In this document: positions 37,057 through 50,511 of the stretch, piece after piece
Layout: every line of letters starts with the position of its first letter
Position numbering within the stretch: the first letter of the stretch is position 1
Assembly (NCBI GenBank): GCA_033442325.1
Contig: JAWQFM010000033.1
Span: 62,001-126,000 of the forward strand
Reading direction: 5' to 3'
DNA length: 64,000 nt
Origin: Salpingoeca rosetta
Taxonomy: Eukaryota > Protista > Choanoflagellata
Position numbers and translations under genes: made by a program
The notes under the pieces: model-generated
The model's database searches: none
What the model was told of the DNA's origin: nothing
The model's input: the letters and a program-made list of their open reading frames with translations, nothing else

Positions 37057-39466
37057 GTGTTGTTGTTGTTGGTGTTCGCCATCACCATCACCGCCACCAA
37101 CACCGTCGCTCGGGTCCACTTGCGCTGCGCTGCGCGGTGGCGTGTACACGTCCGGCAGCGTCGTGATGGCCGTGGTTGCAGACTCCGCAACACCGCTCCT
37201 CGCATCATCATCATCATCATCATCATTGTCATCGTTGTCACCTGCACCACCGCCATTGCTGCCGTTGGTGTTGAGGCGGTAGTACGTGTCATCGAGGTCA
37301 ACTGTCGTGCCCTCGCCGAGGAACCGCCGCCGCTGCGACTGCGACAACAGCGGCGTCATCGCCTCGTGTGTCAGCGGCGACGCGGGCCGGTTGTCCGTCC
37401 GCACCGCTGGTCCTCCCGCATGCGCCGTTGCCGCTGTTGACGTCGGCGGTAGCGGGGGTGTTGGCGAGGGGTACGGTGACACATCGCCAGCACCGTGATC
37501 ACCGTACTCTCTGCCGCCACCGGGCGCCCTGTATGGGGTGCTGATGTCCATGTGGTGCGCCCCACCCGCGCTGGTGTGACTCTCTGGCGTGTCCATATCC
37601 AACTCCACAACAGAGTTGCGCACCGTCGCTGTGCTCGACCGGCTCGTGTCGTGCTCGAGCAAGTTCCCGTCAGGCGCCTGCAAGTGCTCCTGCGAGATGG
37701 GCGGGTGCCCTTGATGCTGTTGTTGCTGTTGCCCTTGTTGTTGTCCTTGTTGTTGCTGCTGCTGCTGATGTTGCTTCTTGTCCGCCTGCGTCGTGTTGTG
37801 CATGCGCATGCGTGGGGCCGGCGGGGCGAGGTGCATGTTGCCCGGGTCACTCATCACCAGCGACGCCAGTGACGGGTCCAGCGATTTCGTCTCGGTCGCG
37901 GATGACGGTGGCTCGCGGAACGAGTACGTGCGCTCAGCATCTGACTGCAGCAGCGATGTGCTGGAGCCCTCCGTCGGATACAGGGCTTGGAAGTCGTCGT
38001 AGGCAAACTCGGTCGGCGACACCACTTCCTCTGGCGGCAATTGGTCCTCGTCAACAACATATGTGCCTTTCGTGTGCTGCTTGTGCCGCATGACAGCGAC
38101 GGTGAGCAGCAACCCGACAACAACGACGCCAACGACAACCCCGGCCACAATGGCGCCCGTGTCATCCGATGATGACGCCTGCTGTGGCGGCGGGGTGGTC
38201 GTGGGTGGTGCACCTGCATTTGCGAGATTCCGCCGGGGGGGGGGGGGGTGGAGGTGAGATGTGGCACAGCATGTTGACGACAGAGAAGAACAGAGCTACA
38301 GTGGCAGCGGCAAAAAACACGCACGAACGCAAAGGCAATCATTGCTGTTGCTCCAAATGCACATGAGCACACACAACATGACTGCTGCTGTTGCCCTTAA
38401 TACACCAACACCCACACCAACACCCACACCAACACCCACACATACCCACACACACGCACTTGAGAGGAGGGCGTAGGTTTCGCCGTTGTGCGTGAGCATA
38501 AGGTTGGACGCCATGGTTGCATCACGAACGGCAACAACATCCGCCGAGGGTCCCGTGACGGTCACAGCAACAGACCCGGGCGCAAACGAAAACGTCAGAC
38601 TTGACGTGTCGATGCCCTGCTGCCCCAATGATTCGCGAAGAGACATCTCCAAGCGTGTGCGGCGCCGGTCGTTGCCTGCAAGCGCGTCAAAGTCAGCGGC
38701 GATGAAGAACGTGAACGACCCAATCTGCGAGGTCGATGTGGTCGTGAGAGAAATGCTTCCAGTGGATGTCTCCGTGACAGGCGGTGCTGTTGTTGTTGCG
38801 GTGGCTGTGGTGGTGTTTGTAGCGACAGTTGTGGTCGACGTGCTCGTGGTCGTGGTCGTGGTGTTGCGCGTGCCGGTGGTGGAGATGGTCGTCGTTGTTG
38901 TGGAAGGAGATGAGGTGGACGTCTCGTTCAAACTCGTTGTCGTCGTTGTTGTGGTGCTGGTCGATGTCTCACCAGAACTTGACTCCGTGGTTGTTGTTGT
39001 TGTTGTCGTTGTCGTCGTCATTGTGACGTTTGTCAGTGTCGTCGTCGTTGTCGTTGTGGTTGTCGTGGTTGTGGTTGTCGTGGTAGTCGTTGTCGTTGTT
39101 GTGGTGCTGGTCGAAGTCTCGCCAGAACTAGACACCGTGGTGGTTGTCGTGGTGGTCGTGGCCGGGGTGACGGTGGATGTGACGAGGTTCCGCGTGTAAC
39201 TGTGGCGGTCTGGGTCGCTGTTTGCTGTCGTGCCCGTGAATGACGACAGCAGCGTGCACTGCCACGTGTTGTTGCCCGGCCTGTCCAGGATCAATCCAAA
39301 ACACGTGGGTGACAGCTTGCACAATGCAAAGCACATGTCTGACGACTGGCGGAACGACGACAGCACGTGGTTCGGTGCATACGTCAGCGTCAGCGTGATG
39401 TTCACTTCCGTGAACGTGTCTGGAACCGCAATCGGTGGCAACGTCGAAGTGGTCGTCGTCGTCGTT

Positions 39467-39519
<53 letters not shown>

Positions 39520-42500
39520 GGTCGTGGTTGTGGAAGTGCTGGTGCTGGTGCCAGAACCACCGCCAGAGAACGACGTTGACGATGAAGACGATGTGGTCGT
39601 GATTGTCGTCGTACTCAACGTCGTGGTGCTGGTGGTCGTGATGTTCTGGGAAGCTGTGGTCGTGGTGGTGGTGGTCGTCGTGGTCGTTGTCTCCGTGACC
39701 GTCTCTGGGACGATGGTGGTGGTGGCAATGTTGCGCATGTAGCTGTGGCGGTTCGGGTCCGTGTTGTCCTCCACCCCAGTGACGTCGGACAGCAGCGTGC
39801 ACGCCCACGCCCCACGCCCGGGGGCGTCAAGGATGAGCGCAAGGCACGTGGACGAGAGCTGGCACAGGTTGAAGCACGTCTGCGCGGATGTGCGAGACGA
39901 TCGCAGCACGTGCTTTGGCGCATATGTGAACACCTCGTCGCCGCCGAGCTCGGTAAACGACTCTGGCACCACAATTGGTGGTGGTGTTGTTGTCGTCGTC
40001 GTGGTTGTGGTCGTGGTCGTCGTTGTGGTTGTGGTGGTGGTGGTCGTGGTGGTGGTGGTGCTTGCGGTGGATGGCAGGCGCATGAACGAGTACTGCGAGG
40101 GCATGGTGGCCGGCACAATTCCGTCAAAGTCCGACAAGAACACGCAGTCCCACTGGTCAGAGCCAGGCTCCTGCAACACGAGGCCCATGCACGACGCATC
40201 GGAAAGACACAGGTTGAAGCAAGACGACGACTGCAAGCGAACACGCCGCCGCACGTGCTCTGGTTTGTAGGCGAATGTGTCCGTCTCGTTCAACTGCGCA
40301 AACGCACGCGCAAACCCAGCGGGAACCACAAGCGTTGCTGTTGAAGTAGTTGTTGTGCTTGTGCTTGTTGTCGTCGTGGCTGTGGTAGTCGATGATGATG
40401 ACGATAAAGGCAGTTGCGTCGTGGTGCTCGTGGATGTCGGCAGGAGCGACGTGGAGGTGATGAGTGTTGGAGACGGCATGGGTGTGCCTGTGATGAGCAC
40501 CGTCGTTGTTGTTGCTGGCTCTGGCGTTGTTGCCACGGGCGATGGTTGCGGTGTCCCTCCTGCTGTGGTGGTGCTGCTGGTCGCAGCTGCTGTGCTTGAC
40601 GGTGCTGCGGTTGTTGTGGCGTTTGGCGGGTTGTTCCGGCTGTAGCTGTACGAGGCGACGGCAGAGGCAGCAGACACGCCGAGGTTGCTCAGCAACCGAC
40701 ACCGCCACGCGTCGTTGCGAACGTACGCATACGCGCCCAGACACGCATCCACGTTCTCACAGCGCAGCAGGCACAGGTCAGGGGTGATGGCGCGCTCCAC
40801 ATCCAACAGCGCCGCCGCGTCGTATGCCGTGGAAAACTCGAAGAAGGGCCCCGTGTTGCCTGCAACGTGGCCCTCATACACCACCGTGTACTTGGCCTGC
40901 AGCTCCGGGGAGAGGGTGAAGGATGGCGGCGGGGTGGAGGTGGTGGACGACTGCGTGGTTGTCGGGCGCTTCTCAAAGGAGTACGAGTAGCGGGTGGTGA
41001 CCTGCTCCGTGCCCAGGAACCGCATCAGCGCACAGGTGATGTTGTCTGCTGCCGTGGCGCGGACATACACGCCGACACACGCGGCCTGCAGCGAGCAGAG
41101 CGCAAAGCACGTGTCTGGGTCGTCTGTCTCCACCGTGTCCACAACACCGCCCACTTCGTCAACGGCAGAAAACTCAGACACGTTGCCCTCGTTGCCGGGA
41201 ACGGCACCAACATACACCAGGTCATAGTACTCCATCACACGCGGCGAAAACTCGAGCGGCCCAAGCTCAGTCGTGCTCGTGCTGGTCGTTGTCGTTGTCA
41301 TTGTCGTGGTCGTCGTTGAAGTTGTTGTGGAAGCTGCTGGGGGCGTTCCGACGGTGATGGTGGTGGTCATGACATTGCGGGTGAGCGAGTGGCGGTTGGG
41401 GTCTGAGTTGTCCGCAAACGTGTCTTGGTCGAAGCCCGACAGCAGCACACACCGCCACGTCGCACCGCCGTCACGTGGACTAGACAACACAACGCCAAGG
41501 CACGACTGGCTCAGCGTGCACAGCTGGAAGCAGCGGCTTGAGGAGGACCGGGTGTCTTGCAACACCTCGCTCGGCGTGAACAGCAGCGTGGCATTGGAGG
41601 GCAGCTCCGTGAAGTATGTGTCATAGTCCTCGGGCACCGCGAAATCAGCCGTCGTCGAAGTGCTTGTTGAAGTTGTGGTTGTAGTTGTTGTTGTCGTAGT
41701 TGTTGTTGTCGTTGTTGTTGTTGTTGTCGTAGTTGTTGTTGTAGTGCTTGTTGAAGTTGTAGTTGTTGTAGTTGTTGTTGTTGTTGTAGTTGTTGTTGTT
41801 GTAGTTGTTGTTGTTGTTGTTGTTGTTGTGATGTCGTCTTGCGTGAGGCCCGGAGCGGAGAGGAAGAGACGAACGCGGTCGACATTGGCGCGTGTCTTCT
41901 GTCCATCAGATGCAAAGCGGACCGTGAGCCCGCTGCCAAGCAACGCCTCCCGCGTGCTCTGCTGTGACAGGTCAAGCGCCCCAACAACGGGGATGCACGT
42001 GGGCGTATCTGCCGTCAGGTCGCGAGATGCAACAATGCTGGTGGACGCAACAACAGCGCCATCAGCGGCAGCCAACACGTCCACATCAAATGTGTCCGGG
42101 AACGCGACCGAACTCTCCTCGGTCACCACCACGCCAAGCGCAACGAAGACGGTGCCGCGTGCGGAGTTGACGTACAGGCGGGCGTCCGGGGAGGAGAGGG
42201 ACGCGTTCTGGGCGAGAGAGCCCGTGTTTTCCAGCCGAAGCCACTGCGGCGGCGACAGCAAACCGTTTGCAGCGAGCGACGATGGGATGCTGGTCACGGC
42301 GGCTCTGAGTGTGGGCTGCTGCGACGAGCCGGGAAATGCGCCCAGCGTCCAGTTGCTTGGGAAATAGGGGGGCGTGGCCTGGCCGGAAGCGATGTCCGGC
42401 GAGCTAAAGTCTGCATTGCCCAGGGAGGAGATGGGAGCGGCCACGTCGCAGCGGCGGCCAACGAGCGATATGGCGTCAATGTCAAAGCCGTCACCGGTGC

Positions 42501-43451
42501 GGCCGAGCGCAGACACGCCCAGCACAAGCCCCTGCGTCAGCATGGTGGCGAGGGTGGCGCCGTCCACGTCCGCCTCCACCGTGACCAGGGAGAAGGTACC
42601 CGGCGCAGGGGCGGCGTTGATGTTGGTGTTGATGAGCGTCTGCAGGGACGAGCCAACAAGCAAGCGCACGGTGCCTGGTGCCTGGCTGCCAACGCCACCA
42701 TCGGGGAGGCCAAAGGCAAAGGAGATGGTGATGTGGTCAATGCACGCCAGCGCGCACGACGTGGTGTCTGTGAGGGCGGCACGCAGCTGGGCCGGGGACA
42801 CAATCTGTTCCACGCTGACGGTGCCGCCCATGCGCAGCACTTGGCGGTTGCTTGCAGGCATGGGCAGCGGGTCCAACGGCGCATACTGGCCACGCGCGGG
42901 CCGGGCGACAAAGGCGCTGGAGAGATCGTCCGAGGGCGTTGCCTCCCAGTTTGGGACGTCGTTGCTTGGGCCCGAGTCGCCACCAGACAGCAGCGCCGGC
43001 ATCTCAAAGTCTGCATTCAGCAACGGCAGGCTCAGCGTTGCATTCGCCTGGAACGGCACGTCCTGCGCTGCCACGCCTGAAGTAACAAGAAGAGCAAGGG
43101 TTAGGTGAGGGTGATAGCGGTGGTGGTGTTGGTGGTGGCAGTGGGGTGAGTGTAGCCACGGTAGTGTGACTAGCAGTGGGGGTGTTGGGATAACGTGCTA
43201 ACAGTGCCGTGGTGACAGTGGTGACGGTGGTGGTGGTGTCAGCGCATACTCCGAGCGAGCAACACCCTCAGTCAGACCTTGCCACAGAACGCTTACAAGT
43301 GCATGCATGCATGCGCAAGCAAGCAAGTAAAAGCAAGGGTGTAAAAGCAAGCAACCAAGAACAAGCAAGCAAAGCCTATGGTCCGCTTACCACGTGAGAG
43401 AGCGACAAAGGCCGTCGTGACGATGCACAGGAGCAGCACAGCTGCCCGCAT
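36970..43451 (-). CDS. Type I membrane mucin-like protein (~1,973 aa): signal peptide, two beta-sandwich/CBM-like domains, six PAN/apple-like repeats between poly-Thr stalks, SEA-like domain, TM, Tyr-containing cytoplasmic tail. Exons 43451-43391, 43076-38460, 38213-36970
   Basis: Signal peptide MRAAVLLLCIVTTAFVALSRG. Six C-x3-C-x5-C...C-x-(L/F) units (e.g. CFQLCTLSQSC...WRCVLLS). Long Thr runs. FAPGSVAVTV SEA-like motif. TM GAIVAGVVVGVVVVGLLLTVAVM. Two phase-1 GT-AG introns; spliced length 5,922 nt is divisible by 3. An alternative start at 43487 is possible. Confidence 0.85.
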
Positions 43452-45914
43452 GGTGGAACGTGTTTGTTGGGGATGAGGCTGCGCCATGAAGGGTATGTTC
43501 CAGATAGGAACAGATGCCGGCGCGCGTTATCTATGCGGCTCGGCTGTCAGCCTTCAAAGCAAGAAACAAAGGCTGCGCCGTGATGTGATCGTTGGCAGTG
43601 GTGGTGGCACAGCGTAGGCGGGGAGGGAGCACCATTAGATGAGAGCACGCAGTTGGTTGAGGTGATGTTGTGGCACTGTGATGGCGTAGTTTGCGTTGTT
43701 GCCATTGGTGGTGGTGGTGGTGGTGGTGGTGGTGATGTGGCGAAGCAACACAAGGCAAGGCGTAGGCACGCACCTGGTGTTTCGTGAGTTATTGTTGTTG
43801 TTGGTGTTGTTGGTGTTGTTGTTGTTGTTGTTGTTGTTGTTGGTGGTGTTGTTGGTGTTGTTGTTGTTGTTGTTGTGGCGCGATGAGAACGATACGCGAA
43901 ACAAAGGAACGAGCAATGGTTTGCGTGTGCTGCCGCGCGACGAGTGGAGTGGGGACGATGGATGGGCAGAGAGTAAGGCGTGGTGGCGCGGGTGCGAGCC
44001 CAAAGTGAATCAATGGCAACAGCGATGGCATCCAGCGTCACATGAAAACAGGAAATGAACGAAGCAATGAATGAGCCAACGGATCAATGAATGGGTGGGT
44101 CGGTGGGTGTGCAGTAGGTGTTTGGCATGGCACAATGGGCGTGTTTCTGCTTGGGTGACAGGCGTGCGCGCGCGTGTGTTGATGTGCACAACCAACCAAC
44201 CAGCTCAACACAACACAACATATGGGGTGTGGCGCAACGGTTTGGCGATGTGCCATGAGAACCGCGTGAGGCACACAAAAGCCCGCACGCAGGTGGGTGG
44301 ATGTGCACCACCAATGCAACAAGACAGCAACATACCACGTGTTGGTGGTGATGGGGTGGGCAGCAGGAGGGGGGGGAATGAATTGCAGACGAGCGGGTGG
44401 GGTGGCGCGTGTGTGAAGGGCGTGAGTGAGTGAATGTGGTCGGGTGTGTGTGTGTGTGAGTGGAAGTGTGTAAGTAAGGGTGGGTGGGTGACAGCAGCGA
44501 GACTGGCAGTTGAAGCAGGATGCGAGCTGGTGGTGGAAAGGGCAGAGAGGGGAACAGAGCAAGATCAAATGCAGAGTGGGGGTCTGGGTGACAGCAGCGT
44601 GCGAGCGAGCGCGCACAGCAGCAATGACCTGAGTGAACTTTGTGCGTGTGATGTGTGTTCTGTTGCGTGTGATGTGACAAAGTGACGGATGTGACCAACC
44701 ACAGAGCTCCTTCTGCTTCTTGACTCGTGTTGCCTGTGCAATGGTAGCGACAGCAGCAAGCGTGCGTTCTGCTGGCTGTGTGATGAGGATGACGTGCCAC
44801 ACGCACCACCACACACACCTACCTAGCAGCAAACGAGCAAGCAAGCAAACGAGGCGAGTTTGAGGGCAGGGAACTTGCTGCGTGTGTGTGTGAAAAACTG
44901 ATGCGTGGCTTTGTGGCGGCGTATGTGCTTGCAGGCAGTCAGGCAGGGCATTGTTTGCTTGGCTTTGCTTGCTTGTTGCTTGTTGCAAGTTTTTGTTTTT
45001 GCTGCGACAGCAACGGTTTGCTTTGCGTGGCAAAAGCAATTTTGACTTTTTGAAAGGCAAATTTGCGTTTAAGGTTGCTTGCTTGCAAGCACGATGAGCG
45101 CGCGACGCGAAGGTTTGAATGGTGCAAAGAAGTGGAGCGAAGTGGAGAAAGTTACGCGACAGGGAGGACAGACAAGAAGCAAGACACGGCAAGCTTGATG
45201 ACGCACGTCGTCAGATCTTGTTCTGCTGTGCAGTGCAGCAAGAAGAGACTGAGCGACGACGCAGAGCCGCCTTCCTCGAGGCAGGACTGCTCCAGCTTGT
45301 GGGTTTGTTTGTGTTTGGGGTTGTTTATGTTGGCGTGCGCGTCGCAGGTACACCTCCTCCGTTGCCTCAGTTCTTCTCGATTCCTCCTTCTCTTTTCCTC
45401 CCTTCCTCCAGCCAGGACTGCGGCTTGTGCGGGCGTCGCCCAAATGCGGAGTCATCCTATTTTTCAGTCCACGCAAGCAAAATCCAAGGCAAGTTTTGTG
45501 CGCCCATTGCTTTCTCCCTTCCAACCCAACATCCAACTCACAACAACAAAACAGCAATTACACACCGCAAGCAGCCACTCCGTTGAAACAAGTGCAGCTT
45601 GGCAGAACAGCTGCGCTGTCCTCTGACACACATAAACTCTGCGTTTGCGACGACGTCTTTGTGTACACGGCAGGGGGGTGTTTTTGGAACAGCAGGTGAG
45701 AGGGAGGGAGGCCGTTTGATGTACAACATGCCGACACCCCAGCACCGATACCCTGACGATAGTGATGATAGTGATCCCTACCTACCTTGCACCCTCCCCT
45801 CCCCATGCCGTTGCCTGTCGATGACCGCCCTCAAGGCTCCTTTCTTGCTAAAGAATCATCAACTTCGCTCACTTGTCAATCGCATTTTGGCATGCATCAC
45901 GCCTGTCTCACACT

Positions 45915-46002
<88 letters not shown>

Positions 46003-46886
46003 AACGGACACATACGGACACGTTTGATTTTGTCGACAGGGTGGTTGGTGGCGGAGTCTTGCATATCTCCAGCACATCTCGCTTTGAGGCAACCGCATTG
46101 ACGGCATTCGTCCGGGCTCGCCTCTGCCTCTGCCTCTGCCTGTGTGCCTGCCTGTCTGGCGTAACACAATTCGTCGACACGGTTGGTTCGTGTTGTAACA
46201 AGCGAACGATCAGGCAAACAGGCAAGCAACTGTTTGTTTGGATCGTGTGCGTTGTTTCGCACTGTTGTGGCATTTCCATTTGTTGCGCTCTGTTGCGCCT
46301 TTTCTATCTTTCAACAAAGGGCGTGGGCCTGACACGCCGCTGTCTCGCTGTCCTAAGTTTTGGGTTTTGGCTTAGACCCATTTGCGACTTTTGCTGACAA
46401 CTGGACTTCATGACTGCGTCATCGTCGGTTGTGTCACTGTGACTGTGAATTTTGGTGGACACCACTTCGACTTCGCCTTGCGCTTGCCTTCTGCCTGGAA
46501 CTGACACTTGCATGCCTGACTTGTTCATTTCTCCAACCTGAACAGCGACCACGAGACATTGAAAGGAAATCGACCACCGGCTACCAATCAATGAGCTTGC
46601 ACGAAACCAAGAACCGCCACTCATCACCAAGCCAGCCACACTTCCCTTCCAAGCTTCCACTCGCCATGCAAGGCTCCATCATGGCAAGACAAGGCAATGG
46701 CGCCACCGCAACCGACCTTGCGCCAACCTGGGTGAGTGCCTGAGATCGCGAGTGGCTCGCCGTACTTGTTGAGGGCATCTATGCAAGGCGTGGCAGGAAA
46801 CATTCCTGTCCTTCACTGTTCACTCCATTCATTGACAAACATCCAAAACGTTTGCTCACAACACACATGCACAACTGCGCACACAT

Positions 46887-46945
<59 letters not shown>

Positions 46946-46967
46946 GAATGATGCGGAATCCGCGGGG

Positions 46968-47167
46968 ATGAGCATGTCGGCTGGAACGCGCGATTCAACT
47001 CCGCAAACGTCCCCAGGTGGCGTTTCGTTCAAGGCACCCACAGCAAGCGTGCACCAAGCCCCACACCACCAACACGCCCCTGCATTCCAACGGAGCGTGG
47101 AGGCTGTTGCCTGGCAGCAACGCCACCAGCAACTGCAGCAGGTACACCAACTTCAGCAACATGTGAT

Positions 47168-47198
<31 letters not shown>

Positions 47199-48413
47199 CA
47201 ACAGCCCCGTGACTCGCCAGAACAGCCCCGCTACGTCACCGCTGCCACCACCGCAGGCGTCAGCCGTGCACCCCACATGGCCCCTGTCCCTGTCAGCGTG
47301 TCACGCGTGTCAACAACGCAGCAGGACCAGCCACGCACTTGCCCCCACGTCCATGCCTACCAACAGCAACAATCGCCCGCACAGCGACAGCCATCCAGCG
47401 TGCTGCCAACCCGCCAGCAGCACCGTCAGCAGCACCGCCAGGCCATGGCGTTCCCATCTCAGCAACTGCCATACTCCACTGCTGCCACCCCGATAACGTC
47501 CAGCACCATGGCTGACACCGCAACCTACCAGGATCCGGGCAGCGGGATGATGGTTATGATGCACCAGTTAGCACGCCAGTCGCCACAGCAACACCCCGCT
47601 CCCGAGCAAGGGCACACGCACACCGCCAGTGCGCAACACGACGAACACCAGCGACACCATCTGCAGCAGGGACCACAGCAACACCAGCAGGCACCTGCAG
47701 TGCCCGTGCCCATGCCCCCATCTGCGTCATCCCTGAGACCAGGAGCCCTGAGACCAGGAGCCCCAACAGAGCACATACCGTCAACGCCCACAGTCACAGA
47801 CACGGGCTACTGCGCGAGCAGCGTGCCGCCACAGCTTGTGCACATGCTGTACAACCCCTTTGTGTGGATGCAGCCAAACGCGGCAGAAATCGCAAGGTAC
47901 CTGACCGAAGGTGATCGTGCACCGAGACAACAACAACAGGTGCCAGCGCCAGCGCCAGCATGTGCCACGGCGTCACGGCATGGTGATGGGAGTCAGGACG
48001 TGGATGACACGGGCAGGGACGAGCCACCCGAGAAACGCGCCAAGACACAGCAAGATCGGGGCGAGTGGATGTGTGGGAGCAATGTCGCGCGTTCCGGTTC
48101 GGCGGCCACCTCGCTGTTTGTGCAGCAGCTCACCGCCAGCGTACACAGTTCGCTCGGTCCCCTGCCGCAGCTTGACAGCTTTATCCACCACTTGGGTACC
48201 GCCCTCTCCAGCCTGAAGACCATCTGCAGCCGATACGAGTTTACGCAATTCGACCAGCGGCCCAAGGTGTCGGAGCTGTTGCTCATCGCTTCCGGTATGC
48301 ACAGCGTTGGTGGTGGTGCAGGTGGTGATGATGGGAGGAGGCGGGGGCCGTTATGCGTGCCTTTGTTGTGACAGGGGAAGGGGGGTTGAACTGTTGATTG
48401 CCTGTCTTCCACA

Positions 48414-48499
<86 letters not shown>

Positions 48500-48868
48500 C
48501 AGGCAACCAGGCAACCGATCTTCCTCATCACATCACATGACATGAATGTTTCCTGTTTGTTCTTGTGTGGCGTGCAGCCATCCCTTATGGGCAGAAGGAT
48601 GTGTCGCCGACAGCACTACTGCTGCGACGAGTCGAGCTCACGGAAGTGCGCAAGATTGACCGAGAGCGCATTGAGGAGGCGCGGAAGGTGGTTGATCGCC
48701 TTCCATCGCATCTCTTTCTGCACGCCGTCATCGTCGGCGCCGTCCTGGTGCGTGATGATAGGATGATAGGATGATTGGTGATTGGTGTTGCTTGGTGATT
48801 GGTGATTGGTGTTGCTTGGTGATGGGGGTGGGTGCTGGTGGTTGTGGCTGTGTGAAGCGTACTGCTAT

Positions 48869-48937
<69 letters not shown>

Positions 48938-49351
48938 TTCGCTTCGCTTTGTTTGTTTCTTTGCTCCTCACGGCACATTGATACTTTGGCCTGTGCAATC
49001 TCTCACATACGATACGCACACACACACACACATACGCATGCACGCACACACGCACACACACACACACACACACCAAACCTCATGTGCATGGTGTGTGTGT
49101 GCAGGCTGCAAAGCACGCAAGACAGCGGCAGGGGCAGATTGTGTCGGATGCGCTGAAGCGGGCCATTGCGAAGCTGGATGGTGATGAGGCAAAGGTCAAG
49201 GCCTGGCTCACAACTCACCACCTTGACGACCTAGCGTCGTTCTCGTTACGGTTCGTGCCGCGCAGCCAGACGAACCAGCTCCACTTCTCCCCTCCCTTTT
49301 CCAAGTCGTGGTTAAAGCTGCAGTCCAACACCGCATTTCAGGTGAGGAGAC

Positions 49352-49429
<78 letters not shown>

Positions 49430-49586
49430 GGGGTAGACACGATGAACGAGGATGGATGGCTTGATGGAAAAACACGAGTTTCCACACAGTCATCACGTCA
49501 GTGGAGCAGTCATGTGTGTGTGTGTGTGTGTGTCACGACCAATTTCTTTCCGCTGTCCCATTATTCAGCCTGCGTCATCAGTGTGA
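46968..49586 (+). CDS. Hypothetical Q/P-rich, probably nuclear protein with a helical C-terminal domain. Exons 46968-48294, 48578-48747, 49105-49341, possibly 49569-49586
   Basis: Long ORF with poly-Q and an NLS-like PPEKRAK. Phase-consistent GT-AG junctions extend it through AIPYGQKDV...VIVGAVL and AAKHARQRQ...SNTAFQ. The last exon is tentative. Confidence 0.6.
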
Positions 49587-50476
49587 TGTGTGCTTGCGTG
49601 TTACATGCATCACGATCCCAGTGCAAGCAAACCATCAGCAATGATGGGACGTGATTGCACACGATGCTGTATTGATGTCACTACAAGCGACTCTGTCGAA
49701 GTGCTTTCCGATGATGTGCTGTGGTCGACCTGATCATCACCACACAAAACACACACATACACATGTACACACAAGACAATGAACACGTGCTGTTGTTCAC
49801 CGCCAACTCACGCTCACCCCCCTCCTCCTCTTCTTCCTCCATCATCTGATGCGGATCTGTTCCTCGCTCAAACACGCACACGCCGCACCTGCAGACATTG
49901 TGCAACGTGGCCATGACATGTATCATCACCGCTTCGAAGCTAAAACACTCGTAGCTTCGTGCCCCTCCTTGGATCCTTGGTGTGTGCACAAGAGCGTCAA
50001 ATCTTCTTCTTCAAGTGCACACAGTCCTACACTCGACCAAACCAACGCTGGGAGCTGGCTCTTTCTGTTCTCCATAGGCCTGTGCTCGTTGATCACTGCC
50101 GCTGAAGATGAAGGCCGTGCTTGCAGCCATGAGCTGGCTGCTGGTCTTCTCTTGCAGGATTTCCCACAATCGGCTTGGCGCTTTCCCGTTACCTTCCTAC
50201 GACTTTGTGTTTCATTTCAACCCAACGTACATTTCCAGCCAGAGCCCTACAGCACTCCTGCACCAGTGCACCTTCAGTTCCCAGTGAACTTATGCCTTTA
50301 TTGACTTCTTCTTGTTCCCACCTTTTCCAGCTCTGCTCCAACGCGGTAACAAGCAACTCGCCTCCCTGATCCAGTTCTGGTTAGCCATCATACTCCAACT
50401 CAGCCACCTGCTTGAATGCGTAGCCATGCGAAACATAAAGCAACAACACACTGCATACGGCACTGATGCGACAGCG

Positions 50477-50511
<35 letters not shown>

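Noticed and set aside
43500-46960. ORFs such as 44038-45192 and 45063-45626, or a possible ncRNA or transposon
   Set aside because: No coding motifs, consistent splice chain, terminal repeats or tRNA-like structure that I could identify. A small hidden gene cannot be excluded.
49849-50304. 151-aa ORF downstream of the Q-rich gene
   Set aside because: No recognisable motif and no host-like GC3 bias; likely UTR or intergenic.
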